From a virus, in the IMG/VR virus record IMGVR_UViG_3300030406_003150, positions 1 to 64,000 of that record: a DNA stretch of 64,000 nucleotides; one strand, 5' to 3'. The position numbers and the translations under genes are program-made. Numbering within the stretch: the first letter of the stretch is position 1; the number at the start of each line of letters is the position of its first letter. Under the pieces are notes generated by a model, which did no database searches, was not told where the DNA came from, and saw nothing but the letters and a program-made list of their open reading frames with translations. Positions 39,844 to 46,886 of the stretch are shown here, in pieces.

Positions 39844-39874
39844 TTGACAACGCTGTTTGGATTCCTTATCTTTG
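39844..39874 (+). promoter_or_regulatory. Early promoter P2, TTGACA-N17-TATCTTTG
   Basis: Consensus match; similar to P1 and P3. Confidence 0.85.
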
Positions 39875-39903
39875 CAGTCCACGAAATCAAAATTCTCTTG
39901 CAT

Positions 39904-40143
39904 ATGGAAAACGCACCACGCTACTGCTCAATCACCAACGAACCTATGTGGGAAGGTTGGTACTTCGAAGGGATTGGGTTCTTCTACGTCAAGTACGAGA
40001 AGGATGCGCTCCGCATCTGCCAAGAACACGACTACGCCACGCTGGATGAGGCGTTCGATGACGAGTTCATGTACTGGACTGACTGGCACGACATCCCCAA
40101 GGACGAGTGGGACTTACCCACGAACCTACCCAAGGTACACTGA
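39904..40143 (+). CDS. 79-aa acidic/aromatic early protein (start MENAPRY)
   Basis: ATG after AATCAAAAT leader; stop codon lies in the hammerhead core. Confidence 0.7.
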   Translation: MENAPRYCSITNEPMWEGWYFEGIGFFYVKYEKDALRICQEHDYATLDEAFDDEFMYWTDWHDIPKDEWDLPTNLPKVH

Positions 40144-40183
40144 TGAGTCCTGAATGGACGAAACGCTGCGAAGCGTCTGTATC
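40134..40183 (+). ncRNA. Type I hammerhead ribozyme HH1, predicted cleavage after GUC (C40177)
   Basis: GGUACA-CUGAUGA-GUCC(UGAAU)GGAC-GAAA-CGCU(GCGA)AGCG-UC-UGUAUC: complete core with three stems. Confidence 0.93.
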
Positions 40184-40201
40184 AATCAAAATCTCTCACA
40201 C

Positions 40202-40453
40202 ATGAGCAAATACGAAAACGGCTACCTGCCTAAGATTGCCTACCACATGTTCAAGGGCAATCAAGACCGAGTTGATTACTTCGTTCATCGACAACTGACC
40301 ACGTACGGGCCAATCGAAGACCGCCAGCGCTGGTGGGTAATCGAGGAAGTCCACCGACTCCGAGAACAACAAGCGAAGCCTAAGACCTTCGAAGATGCAT
40401 TGGCACTCTGCCACAACAAAGACGAGGTGCTGGCTCAACTCAAAAACCTCTAA
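40202..40453 (+). CDS. 83-aa early protein bracketed by two hammerheads (start MSKYENG)
   Basis: ATG after AATCAAAATCTCTCACAC leader. Confidence 0.7.
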   Translation: MSKYENGYLPKIAYHMFKGNQDRVDYFVHRQLTTYGPIEDRQRWWVIEEVHRLREQQAKPKTFEDALALCHNKDEVLAQLKNL

Positions 40454-40503
40454 GGCACACTGACGAGGCTTGAATAGCCGAAACGCCGCGAGGCGTATGT
40501 GTC
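40454..40503 (+). ncRNA. Type I hammerhead ribozyme HH2, predicted cleavage after GUA (A40497)
   Basis: GGCACA-CUGACGA-GGCU(UGAAU)AGCC-GAAA-CGCC(GCGA)GGCG-UA-UGUGUC; four compensatory pair changes relative to HH1. Confidence 0.93.
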
Positions 40504-40522
40504 AAATCAAAATCATTACACT

Positions 40523-40822
40523 ATGCACACAAGCATTCCCCGTCTACGTGCCCTGCACATCGAGTTCTTCGGCCCTACCAACACGAAGGGCGCACGAGTC
40601 CGCATCAAGGACGAACGCAACAACGTCACCAAGTGGCTGGCATATGACTACGCTGTCGGAGATATCGTAGAGCAGTCGTATACGTACCTTGAGCAGCAGG
40701 GCGTAATCAAAGAGGGCACGGATATGTGGGGTGACAAGGACGTCTACCCGATGCTGATTCTGCACGACACACGCCGAGGCTACACGCTGGGCGTACCTAA
40801 CTTCGAAACCCCAATCAAATGA
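40523..40822 (+). CDS. 99-aa early protein (start MHTSIPR)
   Basis: GPTNTKGARVRI motif; leader motif upstream. Confidence 0.7.
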   Translation: MHTSIPRLRALHIEFFGPTNTKGARVRIKDERNNVTKWLAYDYAVGDIVEQSYTYLEQQGVIKEGTDMWGDKDVYPMLILHDTRRGYTLGVPNFETPIK

Positions 40823-40890
40823 GTACAGCAATCCTTTGTGCCTACGCTGTGGGCACGGTAATCGTTACAATTCAATCCCTGAAAAAATGA
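40819..40890 (+). CDS. 23-aa hydrophobic peptide MSTAILCAYAVGTVIVTIQSLKK
   Basis: ATGA overlaps with both neighbouring genes. Confidence 0.5.
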   Translation: MSTAILCAYAVGTVIVTIQSLKK

Positions 40891-41069
40891 TACGAAGCAC
40901 TTTCGACAAGTGGATACACAAAGGCGAGGTCATAGGCAGCGTGCGTTGTGTGAACTACGCTAAGATGGCTTTGGCTGTCTGGGCGCAAGGAAGGGACGCA
41001 GATGCCTTCGTATATCTGGACAAAGCAAAGCGAGAGTTTTACATCACGGCAGATGAACTGCCATTCTAA
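40887..41069 (+). CDS. 60-aa early protein
   Basis: ATGA-coupled start. Confidence 0.55.
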   Translation: MIRSTFDKWIHKGEVIGSVRCVNYAKMALAVWAQGRDADAFVYLDKAKREFYITADELPF

Positions 41070-41080
41070 ATCAAATCACA

Positions 41081-41371
41081 ATGAAAACACAACAACACAT
41101 TGACGCGCTGTACGAACGGCGCAAGACAGCAGGCGGATTCGAGCAGGCGTTGATCGACGCATACTTGCGAGCCGATGGCGGCAATACAAGAATTCTCGAA
41201 GAGGCTTTCAAGGGTACTCGGTTTGACCTGACTCCGAAACCCAAGTTCAACAGCGGCGTGGAGACGCTACGCAATGCTGCGTACTGGTCAGGGCATCGTG
41301 ACGAGTACCTGAACGACGACAAAACAGCCTACCAACTCATCGACGAATACCTGAATGAAAAAGAACAATGA
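41081..41371 (+). CDS. 96-aa early protein
   Basis: GGF..ALIDAY.RAD..N..IL..AF motif; leader motif. Confidence 0.65.
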   Translation: MKTQQHIDALYERRKTAGGFEQALIDAYLRADGGNTRILEEAFKGTRFDLTPKPKFNSGVETLRNAAYWSGHRDEYLNDDKTAYQLIDEYLNEKEQ

Positions 41372-41490
41372 GAGCAATGACGGACTTATGGAGAGAAGGG
41401 TACGACTACCCAAGCGATGACGATGATGCATATGAGTATGACATCATGGAGGAAGCAGACCGAGCATACGAATACGAAAACGATATATGA
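41368..41490 (+). CDS. 40-aa very acidic peptide
   Basis: MRAMTDLWREGYDYPSDDDDAYEYDIMEEADRAYEYENDI; ATGA coupling. Confidence 0.55.
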   Translation: MRAMTDLWREGYDYPSDDDDAYEYDIMEEADRAYEYENDI

Positions 41491-41491
41491 A

Positions 41492-41758
41492 ATGGAAACA
41501 AAATTCTTGAACGAACGATTACCCATCCGCATAGGCACCAAGGTCGTGTATCGCGGTGGCTTTGGCTTCGAAGGCCGCAAGGTGGCGCGAGTCACACACA
41601 TAGAGCAGACGTTCCACCCGAACGAGAAGTACGGACACGAGGTGGACGAGGTGACATACTCGCAAGACCATTACGTACTCAATCTGGATGACGGCCACTG
41701 GTGTTACTCCCACCAAGTCGATGGGGTCGTTGTAAATGACTGTGAATCAACCGATTAG
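41492..41758 (+). CDS. 88-aa early protein (start METKFL)
   Basis: ATG follows the previous stop by one base. Confidence 0.6.
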   Translation: METKFLNERLPIRIGTKVVYRGGFGFEGRKVARVTHIEQTFHPNEKYGHEVDEVTYSQDHYVLNLDDGHWCYSHQVDGVVVNDCESTD

Positions 41759-41767
41759 AAAAAAAAC

Positions 41768-41798
41768 TTGACAACGGCGTTTGAATGTCGTATCTTTG
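41768..41798 (+). promoter_or_regulatory. Early promoter P3, TTGACA-N17-TATCTTTG
   Basis: Consensus match with upstream A-tract. Confidence 0.85.
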
Positions 41799-41818
41799 CA
41801 TCGTCAATCGATTACTGG

Positions 41819-41882
41819 TTGAGCTGTCCACTCAAGGTGGTGTATGTACTCCGACACATACGGGGCGAAAGCCTCGGACAGC
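41819..41882 (+). ncRNA. Structured leader RNA (multi-branch), family unknown
   Basis: GCTGTCC/GGACAGC closing stem with GTATGT/ACATAC and GGGGC-GAAA-GCCTC arms. Confidence 0.55.
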
Positions 41883-41914
41883 CTTCCACAATCACAAATC
41901 AAAATCTCTAACAC

Positions 41915-42112
41915 ATGGAAAAGCAAGAATACTTTTACTACTTCGAGAATGGCGGATGGAACTCAGAGTTCGCCACGTCTATCGAGGAGGCTCGGCAGAT
42001 GGCTGAGGCACGATGGGCACACTTGGACAGCCTGACCCCTGCACCTAAGACGTTCAAGCCCGTAAAGGGGAACGAGGAGCACTACAAGTCGCTGCTCAAT
42101 ATGTTCTACTAA
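41915..42112 (+). CDS. 65-aa early protein
   Basis: Leader AATCAAAATCTCTAACAC-ATG. Confidence 0.7.
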   Translation: MEKQEYFYYFENGGWNSEFATSIEEARQMAEARWAHLDSLTPAPKTFKPVKGNEEHYKSLLNMFY

Positions 42113-42120
42113 TCACACAT

Positions 42121-42252
42121 AGCATTGACATATCCCGCATGAGGATGCGGTAAGGATGTGCCAAACCAACAAACGTTCCTTCTACCCGTTACCACGGGCT
42201 TATGGCAACGAGCGTGAGGGATGGCGGTGGTTCGATCCCACCCTATGCTACA
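42121..42252 (+). ncRNA. tRNA-like RNA: acceptor stem and canonical T-arm with non-canonical internal arms
   Basis: AGCATTG/CTATGCT stem (6 of 7 pairs), GGTGG-TTCGATC-CCACC T-arm, 3' A-CA like the two true tRNAs. Confidence 0.6.
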
Positions 42253-42258
42253 ACGGTA

Positions 42259-42299
42259 CTCACCATTAAATCTGGTAGGTGAGCTAAGTCGATACCAGG
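42259..42299 (+). ncRNA. Predicted H-type pseudoknot
   Basis: Stem 1 CTCACC/GGTGAG and stem 2 CTGGTA/TACCAG, interleaved. Confidence 0.5.
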
Positions 42300-42451
42300 A
42301 CCACTGAGCGACACGTTAAATCACCAGGAAGACCATTACCTGTGGTGTGAGCTATGGAATCATGAGGCTTGCACCTACGAGAGAGAAACTCTGCGTGGCG
42401 TGGATAGAAGGGATAAACAAAGCCGACCACATTAACTCAAAACTCTAACAC

Positions 42452-42598
42452 ATGAAAGACGAAATCATTGCCCGACTCGAATACTTCGAAGAAACCATTG
42501 CAGGTGAAATCGAAACTTGGCTAGACCCCGTGACGGGTGACTACTACCACGTACCTATAGAAATCGTGCGTGACTTTGACAACATCGAAAAACTCTAA
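42452..42598 (+). CDS. 48-aa acidic protein MKDEIIARLEY...
   Basis: Hand-translated; flanked by identical 20-nt leader repeats. Confidence 0.65.
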   Translation: MKDEIIARLEYFEETIAGEIETWLDPVTGDYYHVPIEIVRDFDNIEKL

Positions 42599-42601
42599 CA
42601 C

Positions 42602-42817
42602 ATGAAAGTACTCCAACCAACGTCAATAACTACAACAGGCACCCCAGTGAAGTGCCAAAGCATCTCAATCGACAGCAAAGAAATAGCAATCCTGTTCTTC
42701 GGAACACGAGAAGTGGACATCATCGCCGTCCCTGAAGCCCACATCCCTATTGGGGACGTGGACGAGTACCTCGAAGAACTCGGATACAACTTATCAGAAA
42801 TCCTTTACATGACATGA
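42602..42817 (+). CDS. 71-aa acidic early protein
   Basis: Leader repeat upstream. Confidence 0.6.
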   Translation: MKVLQPTSITTTGTPVKCQSISIDSKEIAILFFGTREVDIIAVPEAHIPIGDVDEYLEELGYNLSEILYMT

Positions 42818-42966
42818 CATACGAACAATTTGAACTGCTCCGTAAGTGGGCAGAGCGTGTGGCTAACACAGCCAACGACACTGACACGAACATACGCTCC
42901 ATCGATCTCGTGCATGACATTGCAGGAATTTTGGCTAATGACGAACACTTTTTGCCACGACTGTGA
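42814..42966 (+). CDS. 50-aa protein MTYEQFELL...
   Basis: ATGA/GTGA coupling on both sides. Confidence 0.55.
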   Translation: MTYEQFELLRKWAERVANTANDTDTNIRSIDLVHDIAGILANDEHFLPRL

Positions 42967-43196
42967 TAACTGGAGACCTCAACCTACAAGAGATGAGCAG
43001 ACTGACACAAAGCAAGGGCGTGTGCCCGAACTGCAAGGCTGACAGCCACATCAGCTACAGCAAGCTGAAAGACCAGTACGACCCCGACCTTGTATACTTC
43101 GACGTCAAGTGCCACAACTGCGGTACTACGTGGGACGAGCATTACAGCCTCGTGTTCTTCGAACAAGACAACATTCAAATACCATCACAACAATGA
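42963..43196 (+). CDS. Zinc-ribbon protein
   Basis: CPNC...CHNC. Confidence 0.6.
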   Translation: MITGDLNLQEMSRLTQSKGVCPNCKADSHISYSKLKDQYDPDLVYFDVKCHNCGTTWDEHYSLVFFEQDNIQIPSQQ

Positions 43197-43600
43197 AATA
43201 CTGGAACGAACAAGGACGATACCAACAGGAGTACAACGCATACTGGAAGGCACTTGTACCCGACACAGGCGAAGCATCTACCACCGAAGGCGAGGCACTC
43301 CGAGCCATCAGCCGAATCTACTACGATATCTACAACAACGGTGGCTGCAACATCCTCGAAAGCCAAGAAGTGTATGACGATGACGGCAACTACGAGTGCG
43401 ATGAGCATTCAATCTCCTCGTTCTACGACAGCTTCTTTGATACTGTTGCCCGATTCACGGGGGACCACGACAACGTGCGTTTACTCAAGATGAAGGTGGA
43501 GGACTTGGGTGTGGACTACTGGCACAAAGACCTCGGAACTATGCTTGATAGCCTGATTGACAAAACCATAGAAAAGATTGGAACAGAAAAAGCAGCATGA
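43193..43600 (+). CDS. 135-aa acidic protein (start MKYWNEQG)
   Basis: LVP..GEA.T..GE.LRA..RIYYD.YNNG motif. Confidence 0.65.
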   Translation: MKYWNEQGRYQQEYNAYWKALVPDTGEASTTEGEALRAISRIYYDIYNNGGCNILESQEVYDDDGNYECDEHSISSFYDSFFDTVARFTGDHDNVRLLKMKVEDLGVDYWHKDLGTMLDSLIDKTIEKIGTEKAA

Positions 43601-43764
43601 CACATGAACAACTCCAAGAAATCTTCGGCCTCGAATGGATTGACTACCTCGACTATTTGTGTGAAGAGTAGTGCAAACGAAGATCCCGCGAAGGATTTCA
43701 ACGAGTGGATGCAGCACGTCTACTCACAAGTCAAAATCAATTACGAACGTAAACTCAAAATCTC

Positions 43765-44160
43765 ATGTACAAAATCAGATTCCACCTCGCCAAAGGCGAA
43801 AACTTCATGAAGTGGCAAATCAAAGCGCCAGGCTTAGTTCGATACGTAGACCCCGCTGAATTTCAGATAGCTATGTTCAATGCCAAGCTCAAGGTTCAAA
43901 CAGGCACGTCAAAAAAGATTCACGAAGGTGCATGCAAAACTGTGTGTGCTTGGGTTCAATGTGAAGAGTTCCAGATTACAAGGAACGACAAAATCAAACC
44001 CAACGTAAATGACTTCTACGTCAGGTTCAACCCACGCCGTAATCCTGAATGGGTAGACATGCACGACAACATCATGAGCAACGAGGAGTACAGCTTGCTG
44101 GTAAGCCAAGATCGTAGCCTGTTTGTAGTGACCGAGAACCACCAATGCGACGAAGAATGA
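43765..44160 (+). CDS. 131-aa hypothetical protein
   Basis: Leader CAAAATCTC-ATG; K.VCAWV.C and FNP motifs. Confidence 0.6.
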   Translation: MYKIRFHLAKGENFMKWQIKAPGLVRYVDPAEFQIAMFNAKLKVQTGTSKKIHEGACKTVCAWVQCEEFQITRNDKIKPNVNDFYVRFNPRRNPEWVDMHDNIMSNEEYSLLVSQDRSLFVVTENHQCDEE

Positions 44161-45194
44161 CATACGAAGAAATCATAGAGCAAGAGCCGCAACCGATAGT
44201 GTACTCCATTGACTTCCCAAACGGGATGTTCTATGTGGGTCGGACGGTGGATGTATCGAGGCGGGCAAAACGTCACTTCCATGAGTCGATGCGGTCCGCA
44301 CACAGCAACACAGCTATGGAGCGATGCTTCAAGAAGTATAAGTTTCAAGAAACATGGGGGGTGATAAAGACATTTGCTACTGCGAAGGAAGCTGTAGATT
44401 TCGAGGCGATGTACATCGAAGAGTTCTGGGATGACCCTTTGTTCCTGAATCAGAAGCGCGGTGACAAGTTTACCGCGTTGGAAAACGAGCGACAACACAG
44501 CAAGCTGGCGTACTACATGAACGCATACACAAAGATGATGTGGCGATCAGAGAAGAAGGGTGAATTGCGCCATCAGATGGGGCAAAAGGGATACCAGCCG
44601 CTACCTTCTGGTATTGGAGGTAAGTGCCACAGGGTATTGGCTTATGGTTCTACCCCAGAGGAGTGTGAAGCAGATGCAGAACGAATATTACGGAGGGATT
44701 TTGTTCAGATATGCAACAAGATTGACCCCCCTTGGAAAGAAAAAGCTAATCAAAAGCTAAACGCCAAGCGAAAAGAGGAACGCAGAATAGCAAAGCTAAA
44801 GAAGTCATATGTGGTTAAGGACCTGAAGACAGGACGTGTTTCGATTGCTAAATGGTGGTGTAGCAAGAAAGGACTTACTCCTGGTCAGAAAAGAGTGTTA
44901 AATGAAGGTGTAAGACCATGGTCTCTGCACAACGTGAGAAGGTATGGAGAGCCTTGGGCGGAATTCGTTCCTGAGAAAACTCAATCGTGGGCAAATCACA
45001 ACAAACCCAAGCCCATCGTAGGGGTACACAAGAGTGGAAAGATAGGCGAGTGGGCTAGCGTGGGTGCATTCGCAAGAGAGGAACTAAATGCTAAAACAAG
45101 ATCAAGAAAAAAATGCTTACGGGCACAAGCAATAATATCAATCGAAAGAAATGGCACATGCCATGGGTGGGAACTAAAATACAAGAAACAATGA
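44157..45194 (+). CDS. GIY-YIG endonuclease (homing-endonuclease-like)
   Basis: IVYSI...FYVGRT...R...H, E and N catalytic pattern; long basic C-terminus. Confidence 0.7.
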   Translation: MTYEEIIEQEPQPIVYSIDFPNGMFYVGRTVDVSRRAKRHFHESMRSAHSNTAMERCFKKYKFQETWGVIKTFATAKEAVDFEAMYIEEFWDDPLFLNQKRGDKFTALENERQHSKLAYYMNAYTKMMWRSEKKGELRHQMGQKGYQPLPSGIGGKCHRVLAYGSTPEECEADAERILRRDFVQICNKIDPPWKEKANQKLNAKRKEERRIAKLKKSYVVKDLKTGRVSIAKWWCSKKGLTPGQKRVLNEGVRPWSLHNVRRYGEPWAEFVPEKTQSWANHNKPKPIVGVHKSGKIGEWASVGAFAREELNAKTRSRKKCLRAQAIISIERNGTCHGWELKYKKQ

Positions 45195-45550
45195 ACAACG
45201 TTAACTACATCTACTCCTACGTTCACAACGGAGCGTGGGTATTCGACGACGAGTCACGAGAGCTCGACAAAGAACCTTTCGTGGAAGGTGCTGACCTTCT
45301 CCTCGACGCCATGAGCGGACGAGACAAATACGAGTACATCGACAGGTGTGCATTCTACTTCGCTGAGACTCCTCTCCCCAACTGGGATGTACAGCTCAAG
45401 ATGCACGGACATGACGGATACGACGGCACGTACTACAAGGTTGACTTCCCTGAGAAGAACGTCAAGAACGAAGGTCCAATCTGGCTGTGTCCAGCACTAC
45501 TGAAGTTCTTTGACAAATCACCACAAAACATTTACGTAAAAATCAAATGA
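45191..45550 (+). CDS. Phage protein with WVFDD...EPFV.GAD motif
   Basis: WVFDD, EPFV and WLCPAL.KFF...P..IY motifs. Confidence 0.65.
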   Translation: MNNVNYIYSYVHNGAWVFDDESRELDKEPFVEGADLLLDAMSGRDKYEYIDRCAFYFAETPLPNWDVQLKMHGHDGYDGTYYKVDFPEKNVKNEGPIWLCPALLKFFDKSPQNIYVKIK

Positions 45551-45867
45551 CGAACGAAGCAGCAATCAAGATGATTCGGGACAAACACCGAACCGAAAAC
45601 AAAGCGGAGAAGCTAGCAGCTATGTACGCTATGGATGACATCATATTCGATGATATCGAAGTGTGGCTCAAGACACCCACGTACAAACACATCGAACAGT
45701 TTGTGAGCATTGGGCTGGAGGTCTTGGAAGATTATATGTGTGAACCACACACAGATGAGGATAAGCAACGTAAGTTTGCAGAAGGAACGCTTGGTATCGC
45801 AGAGTCTATGTACCACTACGCTCAGATACATCACGAGCTACAAGAAGAGTCTATGTCAGAACGCTGA
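45547..45867 (+). CDS. Hypothetical protein
   Basis: 106-aa coupled ORF. Confidence 0.55.
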   Translation: MTNEAAIKMIRDKHRTENKAEKLAAMYAMDDIIFDDIEVWLKTPTYKHIEQFVSIGLEVLEDYMCEPHTDEDKQRKFAEGTLGIAESMYHYAQIHHELQEESMSER

Positions 45868-45951
45868 CATGAGAGGGACGTATGGTGTGCGGGGAGATCC
45901 CGTAACAAGCCTTGTGTAAGAGAGCTTTGAGAAACAAAGTCCCTCTTTTTC

Positions 45952-45982
45952 TTGGATTATCAACATTGGCTTTGTAGGTTTG
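45952..45982 (+). promoter_or_regulatory. Promoter TTG-N20-TAGGTTTG for the replication genes
   Basis: Bacteroidota consensus spacing. Confidence 0.65.
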
Positions 45983-46000
45983 GTGGATAAAATTTAATCC

Positions 46001-46399
46001 ATGAAAAAAAGAATTGACAAGGTGATGAGAGAGTATTCCAAGGTCATTCACGTAGACATCAAGTCAAAGCGACGCCTAGCCTACATAGTGCAGCCAAGGG
46101 CAGCATTGATGGTTGCGATGAGCAGAGAGATGCCCGTCGTTGAGGTAGCCAGAGCATTCGGGATGAACCACGCAACGGTGCTTCACCACAAGAGAAAGCA
46201 TCTGGGAAACTTAGATCATTGGCTGGGCTACAGAGACAAGTACGAGATAGCAAAGGCTATGTGTGATGCATGGCTAAGGCGAGAGCGGATTGTGCAAGCA
46301 ATCGAAACAGTAAACAATAAAATTGAATCGCTACAAGACGTAGCACAAGAATTAAATCAAAGGTTAAACAATGAGCAATTACAAGTTCAAGACCACTAA
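46001..46399 (+). CDS. DnaA C-terminal-like HTH DNA-binding protein
   Basis: R....V.PR...M......EVARAFG.NHATVLH. Confidence 0.7.
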   Translation: MKKRIDKVMREYSKVIHVDIKSKRRLAYIVQPRAALMVAMSREMPVVEVARAFGMNHATVLHHKRKHLGNLDHWLGYRDKYEIAKAMCDAWLRRERIVQAIETVNNKIESLQDVAQELNQRLNNEQLQVQDH

Positions 46400-46886
46400 C
46401 ATTCGTGGTAAGCAGTACGTTGAAGTCAACGAACGCATCAAGTTCTTCCGACAAGAAGAGCAGTACAAAAACTGGAGTTTGATAACAGAGTTCACCGTGC
46501 TGGACAGCGAGCAATGTGTGTGCAAGGCATCGATAGCAGACCCAGAGCATCGCATCATTTCGGTCGGACATGCGCACGAAGTGCAAGGAAGTAGCAACAT
46601 CAACAAGACGAGCTACGTAGAGAACTGCGAGACCTCAGCAATCGGCCGTGCGTTAGCCATGCTGGGGATTGGAATCGACACTTCCATTGCATCGGCTAAC
46701 GAGGTATCAGATGCTATTGCCAAGCAGGAGGCAAGCGATGAGCCAGTAGAAAATATCATGGACAAAGCTGTTGCTTACATCAAGTCGCAGACCGACAAGA
46801 AGAAAGCGTTTGAGTCCATCATGTCCAAGTACAAGGACAGCCTGACCGACAAGCAGGTAGCTGGACTCAAGAAGTTTGTTCGATGA
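46371..46886 (+). CDS. ssDNA-annealing recombinase (Rad52/Sak-like)
   Basis: GKQYVEV.ERI and ENCETSAIGRALA motifs. Confidence 0.7.
   Translation: MSNYKFKTTNIRGKQYVEVNERIKFFRQEEQYKNWSLITEFTVLDSEQCVCKASIADPEHRIISVGHAHEVQGSSNINKTSYVENCETSAIGRALAMLGIGIDTSIASANEVSDAIAKQEASDEPVENIMDKAVAYIKSQTDKKKAFESIMSKYKDSLTDKQVAGLKKFVR

Noticed and set aside
42113-42435. tmRNA, theta/HDV-like or pistol ribozyme
   Set aside because: No G3-U70 alanine acceptor or tag ORF; no P3/L3 nested HDV topology; CACGTTAAAT resembles pistol but the P1 loop pseudoknot and GU site are missing
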